Of a stretch of 64,000 nucleotides of DNA, positions 13,901 through 26,666 are shown piece by piece. The stretch comes from Styela clava (lineage: Eukaryota): contig NC_135256.1 of NCBI RefSeq assembly GCF_964204865.1, forward strand, positions 20,708,001 to 20,772,000, read 5' to 3'. Position numbers and translations under genes: made by a program. The first letter of the stretch is position 1; each line of letters begins with the position of its first letter. The notes below the pieces were generated by a model. It searched no databases. It had not been told where the DNA came from and was given only the letters and a program-made list of their open reading frames with translations.

Positions 13901-15221
13901 AACCTAATCCGTGTCTAAAATACTATAATATGACGACATTTGCAGCATAGAGTGGTTTGCCCATACTGTATAAAGCGACGAACAATGTTTCTCCGATCTA
14001 CATTCACAATCACTAATTTAAAACTATATTGAAAAAAAATATCGTATAGGTTTCCTAATTATATATTTGATAATCAAACTTTAAAGAATGAATTAAATTT
14101 ATATTAATTCCAGTCTAAATTTATTTGACGAGTGAAAACTGTAACTATTACCTCCATGACGACTGTCGTTTCACCCCACATCGGGTAAAAAGTCCATCCT
14201 CCATCACATGGAATTATTGTTCTATTCTTGGTATTTGTGGAGTTCATCGAAGTCTTGTTGAACCTGCAGCAAAACCTTGGTATTATATCACTTACGAAGA
14301 TTGAAAATCCATACCGATAGATACATATATATATAATCCCAACGTACTCGGGTGCATATTTCTTGCACTGACTTCTGACCAGTTCCCCATCTTCATTCTG
14401 TTCCCACGGAATTAGCTGGTCCAACCACAATTCTTTTCCAGCTTCTGTCAATGTGGTCTGCAAGTATTTTAGTAAAAATTAGTTGCTAAATTAGATTTAA
14501 TCGCTAATTGTGGACCATTCTGTATTTGATGCATGTATCATTCCACGACTAAAATAGCAATGCAGAATACAGCCTCGTCTATATGGTGTGATAGAATTTT
14601 GGGGTAAATCGCTGGTCATAACAATTCATTTTTAACTAATTATTAGATGATATTGTGCGCTATTCAGGTCGTATACCCGTAGTTCGAGGACTAAACATAT
14701 TGTTTTGACCGTACAACCAAGATTAGATTTCTTACCTTCCTTCATGGTACATCAACTTAGAGGCTGAATTCAATATGTGTAAGCATGTCAAGGTTTGTAT
14801 TAAAAGAGGGGGGGGGGGGGGTAAGAAAGTAACAGTTTATTGGCTATAGTATAGAGTCTATACTATAGAATAGACGATGGTGTGGTTGATCCTAGATTGC
14901 ATTATGCACATGCCTAATTGTTTTTAAATTATTTTCAATCTATAAATCGTACCAACAGATTACAATTTCATAAAAATTGTAAATTTCAATGCGCGATTGA
15001 AATTATAATTGAAAACATAATTATATGAAAATACAATAAATTCTCACCAGATTATACTTGGCAAAATCAACATAGCAGTGATGCGATGGAGTATCGAGTG
15101 TAAAAACCGTTACCATCGTAAAAAGTCCATTAGGTATTGAGCTTATCACAAGCAATCCCACTATTATCTTCTGGTACTTGCCGTAACCACCAATTTTATG
15201 CAGAATGTCCTCATACTTCAT
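4946..15221 (-). CDS. SLC22 family organic cation/carnitine (OCTN-like) MFS transporter, 12 coding exons, 561 aa
   Basis: Exons 15221-15048, 14457-14348, 14263-14152, 13600-13497, 13085-12931, 9348-9180, 8514-8397, 7847-7729, 6493-6279, 5953-5771, 5646-5508, 5033-4946. All GT-AG, phases consistent, 1686 nt in frame. Motifs [43 protein letters not shown]; typical 104- and 155-nt SLC22 exons. Confidence 0.95.
9540..10421 (+). mobile_element. Decayed, 5'-truncated RTE-clade non-LTR retrotransposon RT fragment in SLC22 intron 5
   Basis: Frameshifted motifs [70 protein letters not shown]. Confidence 0.85.
10579..12074 (-). mobile_element. Internally deleted hAT (Charlie/Buster) element
   Basis: TIRs CAGTGGTGTCAAAC / GTTTGAAACCCCTG; perfect 8-bp TSD CTCTAAAG (10571-10578, 12075-12082). 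Transposase N-terminal remnant [15 protein letters not shown]...KEYNI at ~11650-11800 and C-terminal remnant RSRLPDDH...FQPDINKL at ~10980-11100. Confidence 0.9.
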
Positions 15222-17035
15222 TTTTAAGTTGACGAAAAACTAAAGTATTCGTACTTATGTCCTGCAGTGCGCAGTTGGTACACAGCTGTTAGACCCGTAC
15301 AACTAACAAGACCCTGAAATGGATAAAAGTACAGGATGTAAACGTGGCTTTTAATCCTGCAATTATAAATGTTTATTAAACAAAAGATCAATCCTGAAGG
15401 TGTTGCGTATATTTGACAGGATTAGAACATGCATTTTGAAACGGGATTTTCAAGACTCTCATACACCAATTATATTATATTTGTTTGTTTTTTAATAGAA
15501 GGTCAGTCTGAAAGAAAAAAGGTAACGAATATGGCGCGAGATAGCAATATTTTTAACTCTCCTGGCAACCTCCTTGAACTCTGTGTCCCGAAATTGAATA
15601 TCGCTCCAAAATATCAAATTATGACGACTTATTTAGCGAATTTTGATAGCAGATTAAAAAAGCTGCTGCTCATAGAATGTATTTGGTGAGAGACAAATCC
15701 AGTAATCTTCACTGAGAATAAAGTTTATTCGTGAAAAAGGTCGAAATCTGCCGTTATGTTGAGTAGTTTGTGAATGATCATTGGATGAATTTTGAAAACT
15801 TTTTACTCTGATTGTAATTCGCAGAATGGATAACTATATTAACCTATATTTGTTATACGGTTGCTTGTGCTTTATTACAAAGAACTTCAAATGAAATTAG
15901 AACATAAATTTAATGATCTTTTACACTTTGCTGAAGCGTTTCTTCTTTCCGGGTTTCTATAACTTTTTCTAAACTATCATTCGAAAAGAAAGCTTCAGAA
16001 TTTCCTCTACTTCTATACATTTCGGATTTATTTGCAAGGATCGCTTGAAACAATGTAGAATCTAATGTATAATATAGCTGAAATAGGATTGTGTTGCGCT
16101 CTATGTCCATCTGAGTCCACTGAACTTAATGCCACTGTAGGACACGATAGACTTTCTCAGATCCACGAAATAAGTTTTTGTCGAACGTAAAGCACACACT
16201 TTCATCTGCACTAATATTCCCGAGACACTGGACAAACTGCCAACGAATGTACGCTGTTGCTTTTTCGAGTCGCTTCACGCTCACATATCCTGCGAAATAT
16301 GTTAAGCTTTTTGTCCGCGTTACAAAGAATTGTTTTTGACCAACTGCTAATCGACAGATTGTCCTATGGGACAATGCATACATAAATAAAATTGGACTCT
16401 CGTCGCTATTGGCAGTGTTGCAGTGTTTCCGATACATTGCCACGGATGTAATATTGGGCTCGAAAGAAATATCAAGACAATCAGGATGTCATAATATTGA
16501 ATAATCATTAATAATGATCTACCATTTGATTTTGTTCGCAGCACTAAACCTGGCATATAGACTTGCTTATTCTGAACAAAATATGTATCAAGTTATTTTG
16601 GTAACCCTTGCTCTTTGGAATGATTTGGATCCAGATCAAATATTTCCGAGTTTCTTGACCGCAACTTCAAAGTAAGTCATACTCCCTAGTTTTAAATATT
16701 TTATCGTGCAAGTGATGCTAACGCTAATATCAACTTTTGCGTTACCGTATTCTACGAACCATATAGCGCACGGTATTATAAGCCACACTGTCAATAATTA
16801 CTAAGATTGGATTTTTATTCATACATCGGGCTTTAAGATCAAACGGTTTTTGAAGCAATACCGGTGCATGCTTTGTGTGTAGGCAATAGAGCATACAGCA
16901 AAACACTACCTGACATTGGGCTCATCGGCTTATAACGCACGATCGATTTTCGAGGGGGAAAAGGGATCCAAAGTCTATTGGTCCGTAAAGTACGGTTATT
17001 ATATAAAGTTATATATCACATCCCCCTTCCATGAT
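15031..17035. repeat. Segmental duplication copy B
   Basis: Homologous to 1-2640; similarity stops after ...CACATCC(T/C)CC(A/T)TCCATGA in both copies. Confidence 0.9.
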
Positions 17036-18645
17036 CTCAACTCGACTTGAAATATCATATTCCATCGTCATTATTTCTATTTTTAAATCCAACCCGAGCT
17101 GTGATAATAAACCGCATTGATATATACCTAACGACCCCAATTGAATTTTTTTGTTGTTCTGGTTTATTGTGTCTTTCAGCTCACCTACCTACAGTTTAAT
17201 TTTGGTGCAGTATTATCACAAGTGCTTCATATTTGGTATATTATATATATCACGTTAATAAGCCGTCAATAATTTGTTAAATAGTTTCAAAACGAACAAA
17301 TAACCTATTTGAGATTGAAAAATTTTGTATGCTTCAATTTTGCTTATTTTATTCATTCAATTTGGAAGCAAATTTAATGCATCGAGAGTCGTAAGTATTT
17401 TGACTACTGGACGCGCACAAAACTTTCAACCATGATGTAAAAATTAACCCATATGACCAAACAATGTCTATCTAATACATGCAAGATGTAAGCAGCAGCC
17501 TAGCGCTTCATACAAACAGTCGAAGAAATACTTTTAACCATACATATATATACAGAAATATTAAAGGTTCCTCATTTTAGTTATCAATATTTTCCGTTAC
17601 ATTCTATATTACAGCGTTGATGACAATGGCACTTTATAATGCTACATTCTGCTGCAGAGGTTCTAAAAACTGCCTGTTTCAAAACACTAGGTCTGCATTT
17701 GGTGCCCCTTTGGTATGTGATCTTAGCGCCATAAAACTAGTTTGTTACGTGATCTCATACAAAAGTGGCACCAATTTGGTATGCGTTTAATATCACAAAG
17801 ACATTCTCAAAGAATTTATTCACTAACCCTGTCATCATTGGATTGGGTTAATACTAAAATCACTGAGATCACACAATTTCTGATATCACACAACATTTGA
17901 AATCATATACCAATGTGGTACCTTGTATTACTATAGAAATAACCAGAATAGCACTGAAAAACTGCACGGCATATTTTTCTGATAAAATTCGTGCCACGAC
18001 AACTCCGGCGCTATGCGGCTAACCCTAGTCCAAAAGCGATACAACGAATGGAATCTATACAAGGGTTCACGAGTTCTACCGTGTTGTTGATGATTGAAAT
18101 ATTTGTTTGTTCCTGATCTGACCTTAAGGCATCATAAAACCTCGCAGAAGTTTAAACGTAACATGAAGGTTGGCGATCTGCTAATTTCGATGCGTCGATG
18201 ATAAGAAACTATAGTTTGTAGCCCGAATATTAACTTGTATATAAGCTCTGATTAGAATTACGACGTCTTGAATCAATTTTCGTGATTTTAATTTACCAAC
18301 AATCGGGAAGTGTTTTACCAATGTGTTGCATAGAAATACTGTCTGTTTTATAGTTCTTTAATCAATCTAACACAGGGCATGTCACAAACATGTTTTGTCA
18401 ATATAACGTCCAATAAGCAACGATACATGGAAACCAACAAAACATAGTGTTGACATACACCTTAAGTATGTATTCAGTGTTGAGGCCAAGAGTATGCTTC
18501 GAGGGCGAGGCAATAAATCTACTGGCAGTAGACTTTGTCACAGACATACTATGTTTTCCTACTATACAAAAAAGCTCGAAACGACACCATCTCTTCATCT
18601 ATGTATAATACGGATGGAATAATACAATGCCTTGTGTGCCATGAT

Positions 18646-21600
18646 TCACAATTCATCATCTACCCCTCGTATGTGTCGAAACCCGGCTCCGTTTTTATTC
18701 AATTTCTTATATTTGCTTTCCATGTTTTCGATGAATTCTACAATATCTGGATAGAGCATACTTGGAGCGTCTTTACCCCACATGAAATCCAAATGGTCCC
18801 AAGATTTTATCTGTGAAAGGTTTTTTGTAATGTTAAATTTGAATGTCTCTCAACGCTAAAATCTTGTTGCCGGCGACAGAAGTCATTTGGATAAATGTTC
18901 ATTTGAACAACCGGGCTTAAATTTAAATTTAGATCGAGAATGGATAAAATAAAACAAAACGTAATCATTCTAAAACTCCCAGTTTACCTAAAATAAACAT
19001 ATATATAATTGTGATTCTCAAATACGGTTCAGTGGTCGTTTTAAATAACATACCATACGGAAGTGCACCATACTCCGGAGTTTCGCAGCAAGCATTCTAG
19101 CATCTCTCGGATCAGCCAGATCGTCCCTGGATCCCAAAAACAAAGCCACCGGAGTCGAAATCTTACTCACGTCGTATTCAGGAGGAGATTCCTGTCCATA
19201 CGCTTTCATATTTTCAGCGACTGTTAAAAGCATATAACATAGTCATGTTGCTATATACACGAAAATCGAATTTCACAGTTCCTCCAACCATCTGCGACCA
19301 GATAACTCGATGAGTCACAGCCACAAAATGTAAGTATAGTACAACTCGAACGAATGATTTGAGGCCTCCAGAACAGGCCCTGTTGAATATGCGTGTATTA
19401 TATGCATTAAACTTGAATTCATTATAAAATGGAGTGAATAGCGTTACTTTCAGCCGGTACATACCACTGCAAGGTTATATATTAGCCTTGAAAGTAGAGA
19501 AATAAAACGATAGTCAAACTGATAATGGCTAGACACTGATCTAAGAGAAATTTACATCAATCCATTGCCGACGCATGCAGTTTAGTCATTTTTAGTTGGT
19601 AAATTTTGTTATTGTAAATGCGTAATTAGAGTCATATGTATTGACCATTACATATTCTGGGTGGCCAACAACTATACGGTTCATAATTACCACACAATGG
19701 CAATGGGACTTTAAGCATAAGTTGATTGTTTAACTGAGTTAAATTGAACCAACATTTGCTATATAGTTCTTTGTAAAATAGTATGGCTGATAGGTATTTT
19801 GATCTTCGTGTTACAAGTAGGCTACTGCAGAATTTCATATGCCTACCTGAACCAAAATCCCACTTCTGAGTTCGTCCGGAAGAGACTAGTTGAGACATGT
19901 GTATAAAATTATGAAGAGATGTTCCCGACGGAGTTTGTGCTAGAAAAACTGCCAACCTATCTCGGTGATAATGCTTTACGTTGAAACCGACAAGAAATAA
20001 CAATAAATTATGCCCATGATATGCGAATGAATCATCCTGCGTCATTCTGTAAAATAAAATTATTTGATTAGAAATGCACGAAGAGAGGCGACACCTCAAG
20101 GAATTTGGTTTAAAAGATTTTCGTAAATTTATAATCAAACATTAACACCTGTTGGATTAGAAATGTGAATTAACCGCAATACATGAAAGTTCATCACAGC
20201 ATCCGCCTGTGCAACTGCATTCAAAATATTAATGTTGGGCACGAAGTAAACATATGGATCCCTTTGCGAAAATATTGTTGTTACTGACTGTTTTTGCTGG
20301 GATGTTAGGGGTTGTTGTTGTCGCTTATATAGCCTTTCGTCCCATCTAATTCACCCATCGATTTCAATGGCAGCAAATAGACTCAGAACTACTAAAATTT
20401 ATAGTAGACACGTACATTTAACGATGTATTTTATTTATCAATTTTGTATAAGAAAAATATAAAAACTGAATATTACTTGTGCAGTTTGATTGTGATCCAT
20501 TTAGAAAGCGAAGTACTTGGCATAATTTCAGCGCCTCCGAACAAAGACACTCCAAATTGCGCAATGTCAGTCAAACCAGAGAACATTTTTATCGGACTTC
20601 TTATGTGACCAAGTGTTGCGACTGGCGCCAATCCAAACATCATCTTTATTTTCTTGTTAAAAACGGGATCTTCTGATAATCGAGCAAAAGCTATTAAGGT
20701 GCCCTATAAGACAAAGCGAAATGAATAAATTCCAGTAGCCGATCAAACATTAATAATATCACACCGTATGGCAATTTATTGTAGTTAAAGTTATATTTCT
20801 AGGAAATGAGCTTGTTGCGTGACATACAAATATCACGTTATTACTGACCATGAGTGACTGTGCAAAAATTTGGAGGTCATGTTTTTTTCAAGTCGAATCA
20901 TTACGCCAAAGCATAAAATCAATTCTAAGTGTCATTGTCATAAATTGGCGAGGCATTATCGTACCGCCTAAAATGGTTTGTGTATTTATCAGGAATACAG
21001 ATATAGCTGATAAATAATAATACCTGAGAATGCCCAATGTAATACAGACTAGTTTGATCTGTCAATCGCAGTACTGCGTCTACCATCGCAGGTAGATCAT
21101 ATTCAGACATTTGCTGCCATGAAAATCTCCAGTATTTTTCATCTGTATCGGGATTTAAGTACACATGATCACGTGAGTAAGTGTTTCCGCGGATGTTTCC
21201 CATCCAAACATCAAATCCTGCATCAGCCAACACAAAAGCCAAGCTGCGATTCGGCCCGTTTGTTACCCAACATGAGGAATCGGAAAGAATTCCGTGCTGA
21301 AGAAAAACGACTGGTCGCTTGTCACGCCCTCTTCTAGTTCGCTTTCCCTTTGATTTTCGACGTCCAGTGTCTGTAAATTACCAATGAACAGTAGGACAGA
21401 CTTGTAGTCACTTTGAATCTAGGCTCTTGCACATACCGTACAACACTAATTACTATGATATATATACAGCAGTGGTTTTCAAACTTCTTAGTGTTGTGAC
21501 GCCCTTCAAAAAATATGTTTAAGTTGCGACTCCCCCTGAAAAACGCTTTAATACTAGGGCTGGGAATTTCAGGCAAAAAACTTTAACCGTTAACCGGGTA

Positions 21601-24600
21601 AAATCAACCGGTTAACCGCAGCGTGACGTTTGACGTAATAAGTTACAATTTTGGATTGTTACGTCACGATGGTTACAAACCAATTTTGAGTGATATTTTC
21701 CCGGTATCGCTCAAAATCATTCACGAATGGAGATAGTTTCATGATCGCTCTGCTGCAAGAAAAATGCAGCGTGCTTCGGATATATGGAAATATTTTGGTG
21801 AAACCATATTCCGTTAATAGATGCAATTTATGTGACAAATTTTAAGTGTTCGAACTGCAAATTCTACTTTGAGATACGAGGTGCGGCTAAAATGAAACGG
21901 GACTGACGTCACAGATTGCGCAACACGATTAACCATCGGTAATCAACACTTTTGCAGTGTGGCGTAATCTTTGTTTAACAGCTGTTTTGACACAATATCG
22001 CAATTATTGTTGCTTTTCAGGATCCATAAGTGAATAAATCCTCCTGATGTATTAATTGGAACACTATCGAATGACCCGTAACATTAGTGAGGTCACATAG
22101 TTAAGGTTGAACGTTACAATTTTTAAATTTATTGTCTACTCCAGTTCTCAAGTGTGATTCCAACGAGAATTAGACTTTTTCTACGGAACGCAGTTACAAT
22201 TACGCGAAAAAGGAAAGTTTTGCGACGCCCCAGAAAAATTGAAACAATGGTTTATTTTAGTTATGTGTTTATAAATAAAGTTATATGTTTTAAATAAAGT
22301 AATAGCTGTTATGGTAATACATGTTCAATTGGTCAAAGTGAACGTTATAGTTTTTTCAGATACTGGAATAAGCCTTCCGCGATGTGCTTGAACAATATAA
22401 TATAATTATCGCGTTCAACCATCGCATAATATATGCAATGAATAATAACCTCTTGTAGGGACTCCCATAGTCTTAGTTTATTGTGGAATTGGGAAATAAA
22501 TGCTAAGACTTCAAAGCTGCTCTTCATACAAATGTTTTCGAATTTTTTTCAATTAATTAAGCGTTTTAGCAGGGTTATGTTATCGTACAACTATTCTACC
22601 TTCGAATGATTGTAATCTCCCACTTGTCAATTCTGCTTCTTTGCTGCCGAATGGAATCCTGTGCATCGTTAATTTATATCCATCCTTTGTTACCGTGGTG
22701 TACACAGCACAAGGATATCCTGTATATCGCACCATCTGAGGCTGAAAAGTTCCAGATATTGTAAAATTACATATACTGCTACAGTTGCAGAGGAACCTTA
22801 TTACAATTAATTGATCAATGGAATGAATTCTGTTCATCAATCAAACAGATTCACGAAAAATATCACATAATAGTTTATAATTTACACCTCATATTGTTTA
22901 TATGAGATAGTTGATTATACATTACTGAACTCAACAAACGCGATTTGTAACTTACGACTGTCATGAAGCATTCTGGTGGTAATTCCGCTTTGGCTTCCAC
23001 GCTCGCTTCAAAACTTGTATACGAGTGAATCAGATCAGTCATCATGTCTGAAAGGTAAAATAAGTATAAACGTTAAATTCACTTAAAATATACTTTTTTC
23101 AGAAAGTTCACGTACGCTGCGACATCATCCATTTATGAAACTACCGTGTTTTCCCGAAAATAAGACAGTGTCGTATTTCAATTTTCTTTCGAAAAATAAC
23201 ACTAGGGCTTATTTTGGGGGCATGTTTTTTATGTAGACAAAGTAGAGAATTACGAAATTTTCAAATATGCAAAAATATGAACCGTGTCTTATAATCTTCA
23301 CGTTACCTCGGGTGATTAAACCTTTTCCTCTCTCACACGTTTTAGACTAATCATTTGAAACGTGTAATAGGGATGGGCCGGGATTCGGATCCGGACTCGG
23401 ATTCGAGTCGAATCCAGGCATTTTTTGGACTCGGATTCAATTTCTTCGAGTCCACGTCATTTTTACCGAGTCCATGATCAATTCTGTTTTTACTAATTTA
23501 CGCCTATGTTTGTACTTTTGCCTCTATAAATCCCATGACATACCTTAACTAGTTAAAATTCAAGATTAGATCTGTAACAATATCCCTCGTGTGCATTATA
23601 AACACTCCTAATAAAACGACGACAGATATCCAGATAATATAACGAAAGTTAAAAACTATTGATCGCTTATAACAATTATTTTGCGCCAGTCGCCTTCAAA
23701 CTATCCATCCATTTTGGTATACATGTGGTACACAATAAAATATGTGTTATTGCAATATTTTTGAGTTTTTGATTCGCGTAAAAATGAAACATGCTCTGGA
23801 TCAACCCAATGTGAAATCTCATCAATACCTCTTTTAAATCGAGTTTATTGCGTGCAATCCTTTCGCTAAAATGGCAATGGAAAGCATGGAGAGTTTTAGA
23901 ACGTTTACATGAACTACTAAATTGCAAGCAGGTGTACCACATTGTATTGACGACAAGTGGCATTTTTCTACCATGTGCGCACATGACATAGTAAATTTAC
24001 GGCTAGAAATATCTGGAATTATGGAAAAGCATTGTGTTCGAAAACTTTTTATTTTTCATATTGACGTGTAAGAATTTCTGAATAGCCGCCCAGAATTGAC
24101 GCAAGGTGGGCTGGAAATCCAGTTCACAGCCAAGGCGCACATTGGCCCACCTTTACGTTTGTATTATGGCCGCCAAAAAAGAGAAAAAATATATATTTAA
24201 AATGATTCAACAGCTATCTGCGGAACCATTAGGCAAAAAATATAAGCTACGACGTATGTTTGTGAACGCACGATGCTGTAGCAAGGTCAAAAGCACGTTT
24301 TTCTGCTTTTCCATTATGACGTTACGGACTCGGCAGATTCGATTCGAGTCTTTAACCTATTACTCGGATTCGTCGAATCTCTGTAATGCCGGACTCGTCC
24401 AATCCCTAACGTGTAATAGAGATTTCCTGCTATCGACTGGGTCAAAAAAAAATTCGCGCTATCGACTAGGTTGTATTTTGAGGGGGAGGCGTATATACTA
24501 AAATCATTTTTACAATTTAGGCTAGATCTTATTTTCAGGGAAACACGGTACATTGCTTTAAGGATTTTCTTCGGTGTAGACATTGTTCAGTCTGAAACTT

Positions 24601-26666
24601 TACATACCTGATGTCACTAACCCCCATATCTATATTTCACGACCTCTACTTCAAATCTAAACAATCTGGATTGTTATATTAAAGAATGGTTTAATTACCT
24701 ATATTACTGCTATACGAATCGGATTCAACCCCATCATCGGCCACGTCATTATCCGCAAACGTCATGATATCATTCGTAAATTTCTCCCAGTTCCAATATT
24801 TCAGTCGACTTTGGATATAATCTGAATCGAAGCCGTAGTTGGAAAGATCCGGCAAGCTGTTCGGCAACCCGATATAGTCAAATGAATCCGCAATGACCTA
24901 TATTCACAACAAATTTGTTAAGAGACGTTCAATACCTCAGAGCCTCGGTTTTGACTCATTCCTGAAAGACTCGCTCGTAAAAAATGACACAACAATAAAT
25001 GATAATTAAAAACTTTTGCCGTTTGAGTGAGTTCAAATAAACTCTGAGTGTGGCTTTTTTAGATTAAGGCTTACAGAACACATTGGGGAATTGTATGCAA
25101 GTATCTTACTTCTGCGAATTGAGATCCGGCCCGAAAGACATCTTTCCAACCTATCGGCGATACACCAGGCAGCTCCAGGCTAATGACATCATCTGATGAA
25201 TTCAACACTCGATGAAGTCGATCCGCCATGACATTGTTTTTGTCATGCGCTGTGTAAAAAGCAACGTTGGACGTAAGTAATAAAACGGTTAGGAGAACAC
25301 GCCAGTTGGAAGAGTATGGGTAACATTTCTCGATGGGATAAAAGGCAGAAAAATAAAACAACCCATCCATTAATACAAACAAGCAGCTCAACAAGTTAGC
25401 CATGTTATCACACAATATGCTTTAACTTTGTACATATATATAGGTATATATATATATAGTTTAAATTGAAAAAGTACATGAAAAACTGGGGACATCCCAG
25501 AAGTTTGTGTTCACCAATATGGAAGTGACTAACTTTGTTTGCCTACTTTACATCAAGTTGTGTAAAAGTAAAGGGACGGAAGCAGTGGTGAGCTGTAGCC
25601 GGAACGCACCGGAACGGCGTTCCGTTTGTTGGACATTTTACTGCATTTGCGTTCCTGTTGTTGAAATAAAATTGTGGTACCAAAAGTCCAGTTTCTCTGG
25701 TATAGTTAGGTATTAATTTATGTTTTGTTACATCATAATTCGTAAATCTTTTACGTCACATCACGCAAATAATTAGTACAGTACAGCAGTAACGTGTAAT
25801 AGATGTTTCCCCGACCTTTGACCCCATGAAAATCCTATATCTTTCTAATAATAAGATTTGTATTGAATTGCTATGAATACTCTTATAATTTTACACAAAC
25901 ATATTTCATATAATTCCTTCGTAGTTCTGTAAATTTCCGCGTGGTGTTGTTAATATATTACATTTTTGCGAATTAGGTGCGTTCCGGTTGTTACAATTTT
26001 TCCAGCCCATCACTGGACGGAAGCATGTGGGCAGGGGTATATTCACTTGGGTAAAATAAAAACAGTCTCCAAACTCGTAATAGAACAAAAATAAGGAAAA
26101 TCGGAATAAAATTATGGCCTAACCCTAACCTGGTACACATACTACGGGAATACCAAAGAGGGTATGGTGAAATTTCATGATCCCAAAAATATCTTCAAGA
26201 CGACGATACTAGGAAAAAACGAAGGACAAATTAACAGAATTGCCCGTCAGCAAACAGGTGACAGGTGATTCTCATTGAGAACTTCTTGCGTTGAAGCTAA
26301 AATTGACTTGACTACAAGAATAATACTAGCCTAGAGGTCAATAGCATATCAATAATCTTTAAAGATTACAGGCCGATTTAACTAGCTTTAGGAAGATTAC
26401 GTCTTAAATAATAAAAAACTTAAATGCCCTATCGCATGAATACATTGTATGACATATCGAAACTAAGTGTCATGGTATCACCAAAGCATATTTTGTGTTG
26501 CCATCTCAAACTAAAAAGTAAAATTCTAACCATAATCGCTGTCAATGTCGCCTGCAGCCGCCTTATAGAGACTTCCCAGTGCTGAAGCGGTAGAATCCAA
26601 AAAAGTACCGGTAGCACATGGATAAAATACACTCATAAAGATGACAAAAACTAACATTGATCGCAT
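18646..26666 (-). CDS. Acid lipase family (LIPA/LIPF-like alpha/beta hydrolase) with long N-terminal extension, 10 exons, 604 aa
   Basis: Exons 26666-26531, 25249-25110, 24897-24699, 23047-22956, 22741-22600, 21370-21024, 20703-20477, 20046-19847, 19220-19054, 18810-18646. GT-AG, phases consistent, 1815 nt. Motifs TKDGYKLTMHRIP, PVVFLQHG, LADAGFDVWMGNIRGNTYS, GHSQG (Ser), DDLAD (Asp), WDHLDFMWG (His). The first three exons rest on splice phase and a signal peptide, not homology. Confidence 0.9.
23144..24548. mobile_element. pogo/Tigger-like MITE in lipase intron 3, hosting a nested insertion
   Basis: TA|CCGTGTTTTCCCGAAAATAAGA ... TCTTATTTTCAGGGAAACACGG|TA. Confidence 0.85.
23368..24408. mobile_element. 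Non-autonomous hAT (Ac-like TIR) element nested in the Tigger-like MITE
   Basis: TAGGGATGGGC ... GTCCAATCCCTA termini, subterminal GGACTCGG/GATTCG repeats, perfect 8-bp TSD ACGTGTAA. Confidence 0.9.

Noticed and set aside
21470-22240. Several TIR-like starts in lipase intron 5 (CAGTGGTTTTCAAAC, TAGGGCTGGGAA, TACGAGGTGCGGC)
   Set aside because: Probably TE fragments, but I found no matching second ends or TSDs, so boundaries cannot be supported.
26118-26130. CCTAACCCTAACC as a telomeric repeat
   Set aside because: Only two units, internal to an intron; more likely part of an interspersed repeat.
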